A DNA stretch of 64,000 bases from Mobula hypostoma (taxonomy: Eukaryota), in assembly GCF_963921235.1 (NCBI RefSeq), contig NC_086097.1, forward strand, positions 36,954,001-37,018,000, in the 5' to 3' direction. This document shows, piece after piece, positions 27,297 to 41,399 of this stretch. Below the pieces are notes generated by a model. That model made no database searches. It saw only the letters and a list, made by a program, of their open reading frames with translations, and was not told the origin of the DNA. Numbering within the stretch: the first letter of the stretch is position 1; the number at the start of each line of letters is the position of its first letter. Position numbers and translations under genes: made by a program.

Positions 27297-27941
27297 TTCT
27301 GTCCGCCTTTCTCTGTCCGCCAGAGAAAGCAGGATCTCCCAGTGGTCACTCGTTTTAATTCCACGTCCCATTCCCATTCTGATATGTCTATCCACGGCCT
27401 CCTCTACTGTCAAGATGAAGCCACACTCAGGTCGGAAGAACAACACCTTATATTCCGTCTGGGTAGCCTCCAACCTGATGGCATGAACATTGACTTCTCT
27501 AACTTCCGTTAATGCCCATCCTCCCCCTCGTACCCCATCCGTTATTTATATATATTTATATATTCTTTTTCTCTCTCTCCTTTTTCTCCCTCTGTCCCTC
27601 TCACTGTACTCCTTGCCCATCCTCTGGGCTTCACCCCTCCCCCTTTTCTTTCTCTCTAGGCCTCCTGTCCCATTATCCTCTCATATCCCTTTTGCCAATC
27701 AACTGTCCAGCTCTTGGCTCCATCCCTCCCCCTCCTGTCTTCTCCTATCATTTTGGATCTCCCTCTCCCCCTCCCACTTTCAAATCTCTTACTGGCTCTT
27801 CTTTCAGTTAGCCCTGACGAAGGGTCTCAGCCTGAAACGTCGACTGTACCTCTTCCTAGAGATGCTGCCTGGCCTGCTGCGTTCGCCAGCAACTTTTATG
27901 TGTGTTGCTTGAAATTCCAGCATCTGCAGATTTTCTCGTGT
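27297..27941 (+). mobile_element. Penelope-like element 3' part with 12-bp TSD
   Basis: GIY-YIG C-terminus plus full pLTR end; perfect TSD ttaggtttacct at 27285-27296 and 27942-27953. Confidence 0.9.
27809..27846 (+). ncRNA. Minimal type I hammerhead ribozyme motif
   Basis: UAGCC-CUGACGA-AGGGUCUCAGCCU-GAAAC-GUC|GACUG; core intact, predicted cleavage after 27841. Confidence 0.7.
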
Positions 27942-28056
27942 TTAGGTTTACCTCCTATCACCTTTCCACTGATTATTGTATGAAAATCTGTGTTCTACTT
28001 TAGGTGCCATCTTAAAAGTTTCTTAGGACATTAGGATCAATTTGAAAACAGAATAT

Positions 28057-29045
28057 AAACACAGGAGTTTCTGAAGATGCTGGAAATCCAGAACAACATA
28101 TACAAAATCCCAGAGGAACTCTGCAACATACAGAAAATGCTGGAAGAACTCAACAAGTCAAACAACATCTATGAAAATGAATAAACAGTTGATGTTTCAG
28201 GCCAAGACCTTTAATCAAGACTTGAAAGGAAGGGGAAGTAGCCAGAATAAGAAGGTGGAACAGTACAAGCTAGAAGGTGATAGGTGAGGCAGTGGGTTGG
28301 AGAAGAAGGAATCTGATAGGAGAGGAGAGTGAACCATGGGAGAACTCAGGGACTGGGACTATTTTTTTTTGCATGTGACTGTATTTTACCTCTGTCTTAT
28401 ATGTGCTGTGAATGACTGTTGGCCGATTTCCAGCATCTGCAGATATTCTCATGTTTGTAATGAGTGATGGCACTATGCTTTGTACCCTGGCCCCAGAATA
28501 ACTGTTTTGTTTGGCTGTATTCATGGGTTTTCATGTATGGTTAAATGACAATTAAACTTAAACTTGAACTTGAGAAAGGGAATGATGAGGGGAACCGGGG
28601 AAGGTGACTGACAGGTGGGGAGAAGAGGGGGGCCAGGGTGGAAAACTGAGAAAGAGGGAAGGGAACAGGGGGAAAATAACGGAAGTTGGAGAAATCGATG
28701 TTCATGCCATCAGGTTAGAGATCACAGAGATGGAATATGACATGTAGACCCTCCAACCTGAGAACGTCCTCAGTATGACAGAAGACGAGGCCATGGACCA
28801 ACAGGTCAGAATGGGAATGGGATTGGAATTCAAATGGTCGGCCACCTGGAAATTGTACTTTTTGCAGATGGAGCTCAACAAAGCGTTCCCCCAAATCTAT
28901 ACCGGGTTTCCCCAATGTAGAGGAGGTCGTATCGGGATGCTACAAGTCATGCAGCATCAATGGAGAGGAATAAATAGTCAACTCTTCGGGCTAAGATCCT
29001 TCATCGGGACAGACATGCTGAGCTCCTCCAGCATTCTGTGCTTGA
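28057..29045 (-). mobile_element. Older Penelope subfamily copy with nested insertions and terminal pLTR remnants
   Basis: pLTR, purine-rich linker and GIY-YIG segment (SHSHSDLLVHGLVFC in ORF 28715-28915). Confidence 0.75.
28355..28573 (+). mobile_element. Non-LTR retroposon 3' end with (AACTTG)n tail nested in Penelope
   Basis: gacaattaaacttaaacttgaacttga tail; Penelope sequence resumes on both sides. Confidence 0.6.
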
Positions 29046-30823
29046 AAGCTGGATAATTTACTATGGCTCTCAGTAATGATTGAGTTCCTAAATTGAAATA
29101 TGTTCTGTTAATGAATCATTTTAAGTGTACTGTTACACATATCCCCTATAAAATTCATTTTGAGTGTAAAGTCTGATTGGTGCAAGTGAGGGACAGAAGA
29201 GACTGGGGGAAGTATCAGGCATTCTCTGCTTTCCAGTCAGATGAAGTCTGTAAAGGTACATTTGCCTTTTTCATGGAATCATATACAAAGAAAGTACTTG
29301 AACCTGGGTAAGGAAGAGACGAAATTAATTAGCAGAGAAAACAGAAGTGTGTTTGTATTCAAAAGTTTCATTCCGTACTTTGCTCTAACTCCAACAAAAA
29401 TTAAACAAGTAGAGAGGGCCAGTGATAATAAACGCAGGGAACAGCAAGTCTCTGCAAGTCAGGCAGCATCTGTGGAAAGAAACAAAATAACGAATCTGGT
29501 CAAAGACCTTTTGTCGGAAGGGGTAAAGAGAGAAAAAAAGTTAGTTTTAGTTAGAGGAGTGCAAGGGATGGATGGGGAAAAGGAAATTTCTCTGATATTG
29601 TGAGGTCAAGGTTGTCATGGAGATAAATTGAGGACAAAGCCATCTGGTTGATAGGTTAATGAGGGCAGTTTTAAAAAAAAGGACATGAACAAAGGGACAT
29701 AGAAGCTTGATGTGAGGGTAATTAGACAGGATGAGAGGTCAGACCTGTACCTTACTGCAAGGCTTTTCCCAAGGCTGTATTTTGTACTTCTGTAGAATGG
29801 CCTTTACCTGGGAACTTTGAAGAAAAAAACATTTCAAAAAATATACTTTTTATGTTCCTTTATAACCTTCTGTCCTCAATTACCCGGTTTTGATTAAGAG
29901 TTTTCTTTAGTTCAGAAATTATTCTGGGACCTGAAGCTATCTAATGCACAATCACTTAACAATGTGAGAGACTGCATACCCCGCAGGTCAATTTTTTATG
30001 AAGGGAAATTTTATCATTTTTAGAAAATTGGAACTTTCAATTGTTACTCAGTTTAAAATCACACAAGAGATTAAGTTTCTTAATCTGCATGCAAATAATA
30101 TAATCCAATAATAACTGTATTTAAAGTAATCTTTTCCTCTCAGGCATACGGTTGAGGCCAGTATTCAGAAGTACAAGAACAGTGTTGGGAAAAGCTTCAG
30201 AGAAAGATACTTTCTTGATAACTTAGCCTATGCTAAAGCCTCTCATCCCAAGTCCCCCTGCAACATTACAATGTTATGGGGGTGTGGGTTGGGAGTGGGA
30301 GTGGAAGTGGAGGAAGGGAATAGATCACAATTTCCAATTTGCTAAACAATACCATTACTTTTGAACCAAGACTGAACTCTCACAGATACCTTATCATTGA
30401 TACTTCATGGAACAATGAACAAATAATCTCTTCAAAGCATTATGTATCATGAAGACCAAAATATTTTTCTCCATGATACGTATTAAAGTAGTGCAAAAAC
30501 AATTAACAGTATTTGATCCAACTGAGCCTACGTAAAGTCACGTTTGAGCGAACAACATCCATTTTATTAATGATTGTTATGACTCTACACACTACAAAAT
30601 AAACACCTCACCAGAGAAAAGTAGCCTCCTCATGGACAGCATGAAAATGATGCAATAAAAAATATAACAAACTTAGCAGTTTAAAATAGGAGCAGAGAAG
30701 ATTTATTTCATTTTTGTCACAATAATGCCACCCACAGAGTATCATGATGCATTCTGAATCAATATTTACAACCAACACCATAATGGGTACTTTGTTGTCT
30801 AATGCTTGCAGCAGGGAGCGACA

Positions 30824-31220
30824 CTTCAAAGTACATTATCATAGTATGGATACGTTATACAACCTTGAGATTTGTCTCCTTAAGGGCAGCCACAAAACAA
30901 AGAAACCCAGAAGAACGTACAAAAAAAGACAAACGAACACCCAATGTGCAGAGAGAGAGAGAAAAAAACCAAGTCGTGCAGACAATAAAAGTCAGCAAGT
31001 TTCAATGAGAACAAAAGTGAGGCCTCAGAGATGAAGCCCAGAGCAGCCAAATCAGACCCGCAGCCGCAGCCTCAGTTCATCGTATCGCAGAGTAAGCATT
31101 GCACGGCCCGCAGACATGAAGCCTGGAGCAGCCTGAGCAGGCTGACAGCCTCAGCCACAGTGCAGCGAAGAGCAGCCATCTGCAAGGAACTCTCTTCAGC
31201 AAGCCTGGGTGTGCAGCCAT
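30824..31220 (-). mobile_element. Non-autonomous retroposon with Rex1-like 3' tail
   Basis: ttcaaagtacattatc...tatacaaccttgagatt resembles the tail at 25985. Confidence 0.5.
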
Positions 31221-31711
31221 GAGTTTTTCTGTCCATTCAAGTTAATGCCTCTTATTTACTCCCTTCAAGTATGGCTGCTCACTGAAAACACTAGATTGAG
31301 AAATCATCTCATCAACTTCAAGGCAAAGGTGCCCTTTGAGATACCATAGCTTTGATTTTAGAACACAAATGCCCAGAATGTAATTAAGATTAGATTGCAC
31401 TAAAGCTCAATGTTGCTGGATTCACTTAAACTGCACAAGTGATAACCTCTTAAATCGAAAACTTGAGGTGCAAGTACTGAATTTCATTGTCCATTTTTCC
31501 ACTACTATTTTCAAACCCATCCCATGAGTATGGCGACTGATCACCGGCACAGGCTGCTCTGTGGTGCTACCCCTTTTCACTCAATTACCATGTACCAGGT
31601 TAGACATGAATACTTTTAGTCTGTTCATTTAAAGGACCTAACAATGCCAAGTTCAGCTCCATCTTTGTCCACCATGTTCACAACCACGGCTCTGCATTGG
31701 TTATTGAATTT

Positions 31712-31942
31712 GACAGAGCATCATAGGAAGTCATTCCTGCCTGTGGCCATCAAACTTTACAACTCCTCCCTTGGAGGGTCAGACACCCTGACCCAATAGG
31801 CTGGTCCTGGACTTATTTCCTGGCATAATTTACATATTACTATTTAACTATTTATGGTTTTATTACTTTTTAATTATTTACAGTGCAACTGTAACAAAAA
31901 CCAATTTCCCCCGAGATCAATAAAGTATGACTATGACTATGA
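31712..31942 (+). mobile_element. Rex1/Babar LINE 3' end with (TATGAC)n tail
   Basis: RKSFLPVAIKLYNS C-terminus; aatttcccccgagatcaataaagtatgactatgactatga. Confidence 0.75.
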
Positions 31943-32107
31943 ATAAGTGATCAGGAGCACCTGATCTTTGTCCTCTATTAACAAAGAAGGTGACTGGAAC
32001 ATTGTGCACCATAAATATCTCTTAATGCTGAGACTGATCACACACTATCATTTTAAATATATATATATATACATAATATACTCATATATAAATATATATG
32101 AATAATT

Positions 32108-32363
32108 ATTTCATTACTACCTTCAGGGAAGAGGTACAGGAGTCTGAAGATTCACACTCAATAATTCAGGCTTTTTACTCTTCGCCATCAGATCGCTGAA
32201 TGATCCGTGAACTCAAGAACCCTGTCTCGCTATTCCTCTTTTGCAATATTCATTTATTTTTAATTGCATCACATAGCAATGTCCTTATGTTTGGCACTGT
32301 CCTGCTGCCACAAAACGACAAGCTTCACAACATGTCAGTGATAACAAATCTGATTCTGATTCA
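32108..32363 (+). mobile_element. Rex1-like LINE 3' end
   Basis: [16 protein letters not shown]; (ctgatt)n tail. Confidence 0.75.
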
Positions 32364-34799
32364 TAATGAACTGCAAATTGAGGTAAGCACAGGTGTGCAG
32401 TTAAATGCAAAAATTCAGCTGTTGTAAGTTAAGGACCAGCATCTTATTGTCCAGTTTCCTGCTCTGACATATTAGTAGTTAGGAAATTCCAGTACCCTTG
32501 TCTTGAGATCACCATAGGAAACTAGCTCAGTTTATTTCATCCTTCTTGTTAATTGTATGATAAGCCTTAAGTTCTGAAAAAAATCCCTCTATCACTGAAA
32601 ATTAATTTTTACATATGACATGATCTTTTAATTGCTGAAGATCTTAAAGTATCTTTTTTAAAATTTTCTCATTGTATCTTTTTTCTCTGTAAACCTATCC
32701 TTAGTCTCCTCAATTTCCGATTTGAAATTAAATTTACTATTTTGCAGCCTCTTGATTCCAACTCCCCAGTCGGTGATCAGTTTTTCAGTCTGATCGGTGC
32801 TGGGATTCACAGTTGTTTTGCATGTTCACATGGTTCTCACAGAGAGCGGCACAGTATCCCATCCACAACAGCAGGACATGCAAAACCTCATGGATATCAA
32901 ACAAGCTGGGACCTATCACCCATTATTCATTTCTTGTTTATAGTAAATTCTGCCTATTATGATATTGCTGAACGTACAGGCTAGTCTGTTATTGCGCGAT
33001 AACTTGCGAATTTTCTTTCTACCATTTGTATCATATCAATAAAATTGCACTCATCCATTAACTTTTAACAGGGAAATACCTCTAGAAAGCCTGTAATTTG
33101 ATACTTCATGGAGTGCTGCTTTTGCTTTATGAAAGAAAAAGGTCAATAAATAACAGATGACGATTCAATGCACTATGGTGTACTAAAATACTTGTTTCCG
33201 GTTTAGAAAGGTTTCTTTTCTAATGTAACCAAGATCTAATATTTCTATTTTCTAATGGAGATTCTGTCACCTTTTTCTCCTCCACTTCACTGTTCTTCTC
33301 AGGAAAACACAGTTGATAAGCAGGCGTCTGAATCCACTTCCTTCAAGATACAAACGCTAAGAGCAGTCTGAAGTGGAACGTTGCTTTCTGGGGCAAATAT
33401 TTAACACACAATCCCTCTTTCCCTCAGGGAAACTCTATATCTATCTTTATAATTGAGATGTTAAAAAATATTGCAGACATAACTGAAGTACCTCCTTCCA
33501 AATAAACTCCAACCCATGACCAGTAACAGGTGTGAAATTTGCACCTTAACCTTTACCCAGCAGACTGAAAAAGGAAGGTTAAAAGTTTTCACATGAGCCT
33601 CTTCTTTTAACGAGAAGGAATTGTGGAATTGAAAGAATGTAACTTTTATTTTCCTCCTCTTTTGTGTGTGATTTGAAAGAGAAATAATATTCTGGACACA
33701 TTCCTAGGTATAATGGAAAAGAATGCTTGAAGTCTGCCAGCTCTGAACAGATGCTATGCCCACAAATGTACCCAGTGATTTACACAGCCTCTGGAGAATC
33801 TGTGATGCTTTGTCCAGAAGGAAGGTTGCGAAATACTGTCTCATTTGTTACAATGAATTGATATGTAACTATCAAGCAGCCATTTTTTTTTGCATGAGCA
33901 TGCAATATGTCCTTCAAAGTCTAAAAAAAGAGTTTAAATCCTTGTCGTAGGTATAAATGCCGGTGGGTCTATGTATAGCCAATTACTTAAGTGTATTTGT
34001 CTCTTTATGTAGAAGAATTTACTACAAGCTGTTCTAGTAAACAAGATTCATAGCACCCTGTAGCCAGTTGTTAGAATCAATCACACTGTCTATCTCTCCT
34101 CCTCATCATTCAGTGTCACTAACATTGAATACATTTTTATTGCACAAGGAAATAATTCTGACAGATTACCAAGAACACCACATAATTTATCAAACTGATG
34201 ATTTATTAGTATTCACATTTAAAACTAATTTGTTAGTTTCAAGTGATAATGATTTCCACATTGGATCCATTACTCTCAAGAAAAAAAGAAGTAGCCTTTC
34301 TCCTGATGGGTTTGTTCGTTAAGTTTCTCCTACATGCTCCAGTTCACTCATATGGATCTCTAAAGGTGGGCTTTTAACAAGCTACGTCATCTGTTGAGAG
34401 GGGGAATTTACTGTCCAGCACCGGGGTAATATGATAGTTCAGTACTTCTGTCAGTCTTCTCCAGTCTCCAGGGGAGTCTGAGCAAGGAAAGTGTGAAGGT
34501 TAGCGTTGAAGAATTACGGCAGGAACTACGTTTGTTATCACTGACATACGTCCTGAAATCTGTTGTTTCGTGGCGGCAATGCTGTGAAATATGAAAGAAA
34601 TTACTTTGTTACAATAAGAATATATTTTTACAAAATGAATTAAATGTTCATGGGAATCAGAATCAGGTATATCATCACTAACATAAGTTGTGAAATTTGC
34701 TCAGCGCTATTCATGGACCCCTCAGAAATTTGATCATGGAAGGAAAGGAGAAGGATCATCATTCTGTCAGGATACACAGCGACTTGATATGACATCTGC

Positions 34800-35265
34800 T
34801 CTGCCTGTGACCGCAAGAATCTGCAGAGTGGCGGACGCAGCTCAGAACGTCACAGAAAACCACCGCCCCTCCATGGACTCTCTCTATACTTCTCGCTGCC
34901 TCAGTACAGCAGTCTGCATAATCCAAGAGCTCCCCCACCCCACCCCAGACAATTCTCTCTTCTTCCCTCTCCCATTGGGCAGGAGGTAGAAAACCCTGAA
35001 AACTGGTATCAACATACAATCAAGAGCTGCTTCTACCCCACTGTTACCAGACTCCTAAATGGATGTGTTGTATAATAAATGGGTTCATGACCCTGCTCTT
35101 TATTGTCTACCTGCGCTGCACTTTCTCTGTAGCTTTTATATTTTACCTGCATTGTTATTGCTTTATCTTACTCTGCCTCAATGTAATAATTGGATCTCTA
35201 TGAACATATGCAAGACAACTTTTCACTACATCTTGGTACATACAACAATAATAAACCATTTCCCC
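34800..35265 (+). mobile_element. Rex1-like LINE 3' part
   Basis: RVADAAQNVTENHRPSMDSLYTSRCL; tail like 12930-13352. Confidence 0.75.
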
Positions 35266-35853
35266 ATTTCCACTACAGGATTATGAATGGTCCTTCAGTT
35301 TCCACTTTTCTGCCACTAGAACTCCCAGGCATTTTGCTAAACTGATATAGAAAATATATATCAAGAAATATTTCAGTGTCTGTAGAAGCACAGACTACAG
35401 GTTGAAAACTCTTACAAGATGTAATGCCTTTTAATAATAATTACTTAAAGCACTTTAAGAAATCCAGTGGTTGAAAGAAAGTTTAGTTCAAGCAGGGGAT
35501 CAGCTGACAAGCACAGCAGAACAACAGAAAAGATTACTACCTCCATCCCAATCCTCCAACATTTTCATTCCTTCAAACAGATAGATTTGCACAAGATCAT
35601 CAAACCTGCTCTCTGTTATGACAGTAAACCCACAGAGGCTTCATCAAGTATCACTAGTCAAGAGACCAACAAACTCCGTAAATAATCTTTCATTGCAGCC
35701 TCCAGCAGGTAGTTCCAGAGTTAAAGAAAATAATTGTTAGATATTGATGTTCAAAGTCTAAGTGGCACACTCCCAGCTCTTGAGGGACACTATGAAAGGG
35801 GTAGCCCCAGAGCAGCCTCCATTTTAAGAGGAAGGACAGCTAAGACAACTTAA

Positions 35854-36148
35854 GGTGCCACAGTGGAGTAACGGTTCGCGTGACACTGTTACAGCTCAGG
35901 GCATCAGAGTTTGGAGTTCAGTTCTGGTGCCGTCTGTAAGGAGTTTGTATGTTCTTCCCGTGATTGCGTGGGTTTTCTTTGGGTGCTCTGGTTTCCTCTC
36001 ACAGTCCAAAAACATACCGATTCGAGAGTTAATCGGTCACTGTAAACTGTCCTATGTTTAGGCTAGTTTTTAATAGGTGGGATGCTTGGTGACACAGCTT
36101 GTTGGTCTGGGAAGGCCTGTTCTGTGCTGTATCTCCAAGTAAATAAAT
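35854..36148 (+). mobile_element. V-SINE (HE1-like) with CR1-type tail
   Basis: V-domain; tail ggcctgttctgtgctgtatctc. Confidence 0.8.
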
Positions 36149-36299
36149 GAGAAACTCTCAAATAATTAAATCAGGGAAAATGTAAAAGACCAAGCTAGAA
36201 AGCTGACAGCTTTGCCCTGTTTCTATGATTGAAGATGGATGTGCAGAGTAATGAGAATCTCCAGATCATTCTGTGTCACTCTGCATATTCTCCTATCTC

Positions 36300-36420
36300 A
36301 AACAAGAAAAAATCTGCAGATGCTGGAAGTCCGAGCAACACACACGAAATGCTGGAGGAGCTCAGCAGGCCAGGCATGCTTTCTAGATGCTGCCTGGCCT
36401 GCTGAGTTTGCGTGTGTTAT
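36300..36420. mobile_element. Collapsed inverted Penelope pLTR pair
   Basis: Perfect 16-bp arms ctcagcaggccaggca (36361-36376) and tgcctggcctgctgag (36391-36406). Confidence 0.75.
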
Positions 36421-36444
36421 TCCCATTTCTGTCATGTTTTCTTC

Positions 36445-36725
36445 TGCTACAGGAGGCCATTCAGCTCCTGATTGCTGTCGGAGTAATCCCATCAGTCCCC
36501 TTTCCCCATTCATCTTCCTTTTCCTCTCTCACTTGCCAATCAGCTCCCCTGTTTCCCCTACAACCATTTACTCTAAGGATAACTGACGTGAGCTACGTAA
36601 CCTACCAGCCAATACCTCCTTGGGACACGGAAGACAGTGAGAACTCCACACCGACGAGGACGTAATCAAACCGGGTCCTCTGGAAAGGTCCAGCAGCAGC
36701 ACTACCTGCTGCATTGTGCGATGGG
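36445..36725 (-). mobile_element. Old degraded V-SINE-like element
   Basis: Reverse-oriented CR1-type tail and tRNA-like head remnants. Confidence 0.4.
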
Positions 36726-37424
36726 CACTTTGCTCCATGAGTTGTGCTTGTGCAGGCACCTAATAAATTATGCAACTTCACATCGAACGCTCCTTCTGGT
36801 GGGCACGAAGACTCAGAAGACAAACCCTTCAAAGGTCCCAACGTGGTGCACAACAGAGAACCAACATCACCAATTAAACCAACTTGTAAAAGCAGCAGCC
36901 TCTGAAACTTCTTCATTGCAAAGTGTTCTACAGAAATGGGTAGAAGGTGATTCTTGAGCTTGCACTGAAACCGTCTGCCTGTATCAGATTTGGTCCTTTA
37001 CTCAGCGTGCCAATGGTATACAAGGTGTATGAATATTTCTCAGGAGGAATAGATATGTTGAAGGACGTGTTAAGGATGGATAAGAAGGTGGGCTCAGAAA
37101 GCCCTCAGGTTGGGAACATGGGGATGTCAGTAGGCTCACTGAGCAACCAGACCTGTTGGGAGATGTTTCCCAACAAGCATTCTATCTTCACCTTCGTCTC
37201 TCTTGTCTTCATCATCCACTCAGGGCTCCTGCTGCTGTGGCTCTGTTGCACTCATGTTCAGCTTCCCCTGTACTGTGAGGACACACAGGCACAAGCCAGG
37301 TCAGTGATCCAGGGCACAACGAAGAATGCTTCCAACTGGTAGAACGTCTCATCTTCACCTCATCCCTACTATGTGTTCCCTCATGATGGTCTTGAGACTT
37401 TAACCTTATCTGTTCTGTCCAGAT

Positions 37425-37503
37425 CAGGGGTTCCCAACCTTTTTTATGCCATGGACTAACACCATTAAGCAAGGGGTCCATGGACCCCAGGTTGGAAACC
37501 CCT
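37425..37503 (+). mobile_element. hAT (Buster-type) mini-MITE
   Basis: TIRs caggggttcccaacct / aggttggaaacccct. Confidence 0.8.
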
Positions 37504-38796
37504 AGATGCTGTGAGGAACATTGTTCAAGTGCATCCTGTGCATCAACCATTCAATCACATTCTTAAGAATTAACTACTCAGCAGTATATAGTCAGCAGAA
37601 GTAGATATTTAATCTTTCACTTCTGCACCACCACATAATGAGACTGTGGCTGATTATAAACATAACTTTTCTCCAGTCAATCAACTTTATCCATCTCAGA
37701 TTTAAGATCACCAATGGATTTAGCATTGTCTTTGGATGAGACAATTCCAGACTTCCCCTTCCCAAACTCTAGAAATACAGTCTTCTTTTCTCTAAATTAA
37801 CTCTTGGGGTCTAGGCACCTTTCTAGTAAATTTATATCACACTTCCAGTATTCCAGGTGTGGTTCAGATAGGACTTTGTACAAATGTAGTCTAATTTTCA
37901 TCCACAAACTCCAGTCTGATTTCCATTTCATTTGTTAATTATTTCTTAACAGGTGCATTGAGGTTTTAATATTTAACACAGTTGATTTCTAAGTCTCTTT
38001 AATTTTAATGTCAACAGTTGTAAGTTCATCCACTGTGTGATATAAATGGTGAAAGAATTAAAACAGTGAACATGCAAAGACAGCATGCCTCAGTAGCAAC
38101 TAGTGATAAGTCATTGAGGCCTTCCCCTCCAGTAAACCCAACCTGAGCTGCAAAATCCCAAATATGGAATTCTTTTCAATGCAACCATTTTATGTGCCGC
38201 ACAAATGAATTTTATCTAAACCCCAGTCACTTATCACAAGTGGTACCTTTTTGAATGCTTAGCAAATTTTTAGATATTTGATCCCGATCCACTGTACAAA
38301 TGAAACTATTTCTGCACTGTAACATGAACCAGGGCCCAATACAAGGATAACATTGCTTGCATCAGATTCTACTTTGCCTCTAAGGCTTGTGAACTTTGGA
38401 TTTCAAAATGCTGGTGCAGGGCTTCACTTAAGGATTGGGCCTTACTCCAATATTAGTACTTGCTTTAGTGCTAGGAAGGCCACCATGCTAATCTTTCTTG
38501 ATAAGAAAGTTTTATACTTTCCTTTACATCTTTAATTTCCTCCCCGCCTATTCCTCGCACTCCTAGCAAAATCCTCACAGATTTCTCCTCAGCTCTCTCA
38601 CTGAAACCTCCTCAGAATTCCCTTCCACCCCTTCCTCAATTATCCATTTACCTCCCAACTGCAATCATCTCCCCAGCCACTTCCACAATCATCCTGCACA
38701 CACCGTCTCCCTGACCACTTCTACCATCCCTTTAGGCTCCAGTCAATCTCCGCCGTAGCCAGCAGACCTTTCCTCACTTGTCTCACAATATGCTGT

Positions 38797-39300
38797 TCAT
38801 AAGACCATAGACATAGAGGCAGAATTATGCCATTCAGCCCATCACATCTTCTCCAGCATTCAATCATGGCCACCTTATTTTCCCTCTCTATCCCATTCTC
38901 CTGCCTTCTCCCCATCACCTTTGTTGCTCTTACTGATCAAGAACCTATCAACGTCCACTGTCAGTATACCCAATGACTTGACCTCCACAACTGTCTGTGG
39001 CAATGAATTCCAGTGATTTACCACCCTTTGCCTAAAGAAATTCCTCCTCATCTTTGTTCTAAAGGGACGTCCTTCTATCCTGAGGCTGTGCCCTCTGGTG
39101 CTAGACTCTCCCATTAATGGAACATTCTCTTCACTTGCACTCTGTCTAGACTAGGGGTTCCCAACCTGCGGTCGACAGATCTCTTGCTTAATGGTATTGG
39201 TCCATGGCATAAAATGTTTGGGAACCCCTGGTCTAGACCATTCAGTATTCAGTATAGTTCAATTTTTCTAAACTCCTATATATACAGGCCTAAAACCATC
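38797..39300 (-). mobile_element. CR1 LINE 3' end interrupted by hAT MITE
   Basis: GESSTRGHSLRIEGRPFRTKMRRNFFRQRVVNHWNSLPQ; cataagaccataga tail. Confidence 0.85.
39152..39230 (-). mobile_element. 79-bp hAT (Buster-type) MITE with perfect 8-bp TSD
   Basis: TIRs taggggttcccaa / ttgggaacccctg; TSD gtctagac at 39144-39151 and 39231-39238. Confidence 0.9.
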
Positions 39301-40229
39301 AGTCAGTCCACGACCTCTATTCTCTGCAAAGGCAGGAGAATCCCTTATGCATAGTTGCACATTTATTCTACTGTGCAGGCCACTTCAGGTATCACATACT
39401 GTAGAACAAGTGCAGAAGTTATGGGTCTGAACAACAGACTTCAACCACTACCTATACAGCACCTCTTTAACCTACACTTAGAGCATAAGATAGCTTCCTT
39501 TTTCGCAACACTAACAAATAGGAGCAGTTTGCAGACTGTGAAACAAGGCAATTATTTCATGCAATGTCCTTAAAGGTTCTAATGGCAAAAGAATTCAGGT
39601 CATGGTTATCTTCAAGACCCCCAGACAAAGCCTTCTATTTCAACAGGCATCAGATAGAATCCAGCCTGGGGAAAGTGAACCCCATCCTTGAAAGTGGCCT
39701 TTTGCCTGTACTCCATACTTTCTAGCTCTGCCTTCCTTCAAGAAGCTTCCCTGCCCCCTTCACGAGACACTGCCATCTACTGCTGCTGCACTTTCAAATG
39801 TTCCTGTTTCTAGAGGAGAGAAGGATGCTCCCTATAAAATATGAAGGAAGGCTGAGCTGCCCCAGTCACCAGAAAGTAAACTGCAAATTAGAAATCTCCC
39901 AATAACCCAATGAGTAAACAAGATCCCTGATCCTGTGACCAGCTAAGGCTGATTTAAATTCTCTTGTGCACTGATCAGGCAAGGTTTCACTGGTCAAGGG
40001 TTTGTCATTTGTAGATCAAAATGGCAACAGGGGCTGGATGATGTAACTGGGGCACAACTGCTACACTTTGATTTGGATCCCACTTGCCAAGGTCAGGATT
40101 TGGTCACACCTCAAAGCAGCCCTAAACTGTTAACGCTGGTAGTGGGTTGGAACAGTGTTTTGAGCACAATGTACTGACATGAACACGTCTCAACCAATAG
40201 TGAGCACCTATGTCATGCAGGTGGACAGT

Positions 40230-40515
40230 GGGGTGGCACGGTGGTGTAATGGTTAGCACATCGCTTTACAGTACCAGTGACTTGGGTTCGATTCCTGCCA
40301 CTGCCTGTAAGGAGTTGGTATGTTCTCCCCGTGACTGCATGGCTTTCCTCCAGGTGCTCCGGTTTCCTCCCACAGTCCAAAGACCTCCCGGTTGATAGGC
40401 TAAATGGTCATTGTATATTGTCCTGTGATTAGGCTAGGATTAAACCAAGGGAATAATGGGCGGTGCAGCTCAAAGTGTCAGAAGGGACTATTCTGTGCTG
40501 TACCACAATTAAAAG
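40230..40515 (+). mobile_element. V-SINE (HE1-like) with CR1-type tail
   Basis: A box tggtgtaatggttagc, B box ggttcgattcc, V-domain, tail gaagggactattctgtgctgta. Confidence 0.85.
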
Positions 40516-41399
40516 AAAAATTGGATAAGCTTCACCAAGTTTCTTATCATGAAATGGAATTTCTCGCATAAGGAAACATGTATTATATATAAAGGAGACT
40601 AAACAAAGCGTGGCCCTTGCTGAGAGAGAGGCCAATGAATTAAAAACCTGAGAGGACAGATCACTTTTCAGTAGCTCACATGACAATGCTGCTAACTCTG
40701 GTTCTAAATAAACACTGCGGTTATTGCGTCAAGGAAATTTAATCTTAAAAAGGATACAATGTCACATTATGAAAAATAAATAACTGTCTTGTCCTTGGGA
40801 CTGAGAGATCTGGTGTGAACCCAAGCTTAATGTTCGCAGTGAGGCTTCCCCTGAGCAGTGAGCTGGTGATCTTGAAACCAGCACCCACGTGGAGGGAGGT
40901 CCTGATATCATTATACATATGGTATCTCCCAGCAGAACTGGCATGATACTAGCTGTGGTGCTGTGCCAGAACATTTAATCTTCTCAACTCTAACAGAGCT
41001 CTAAAAAGCGAAAATCTAAAAGCCGATTAACAGCAAAGTTTTTCCTTTCCGATTCTATCCAAGATATTTTTTTAGTAATGAGAAGTGGATGAAATGACAG
41101 GAAGCAACATGGCAAACGATTGGGAAGGTAAATGAGCTCCTTATTACTAAATGGAGAACAATCAGAAAATCACTACAACTATCAACTCCATGTAATCACA
41201 GAAAGATCATTTGGTCTTTTATGAAGGTTTTGTTCCTCACTTGATCCATCAGTTTAGAGGCCTTCTCCTTGGTTTAGTCCTGTGATCTTTAAGACTTTTC
41301 TTTCACTTTTATTTCAGAAATATAATTTCCTCATTATATATTCACAGTATGTACAAGCATCTTTCTCACTGTATCATCAGTTCAACACACTTGCTTGCA

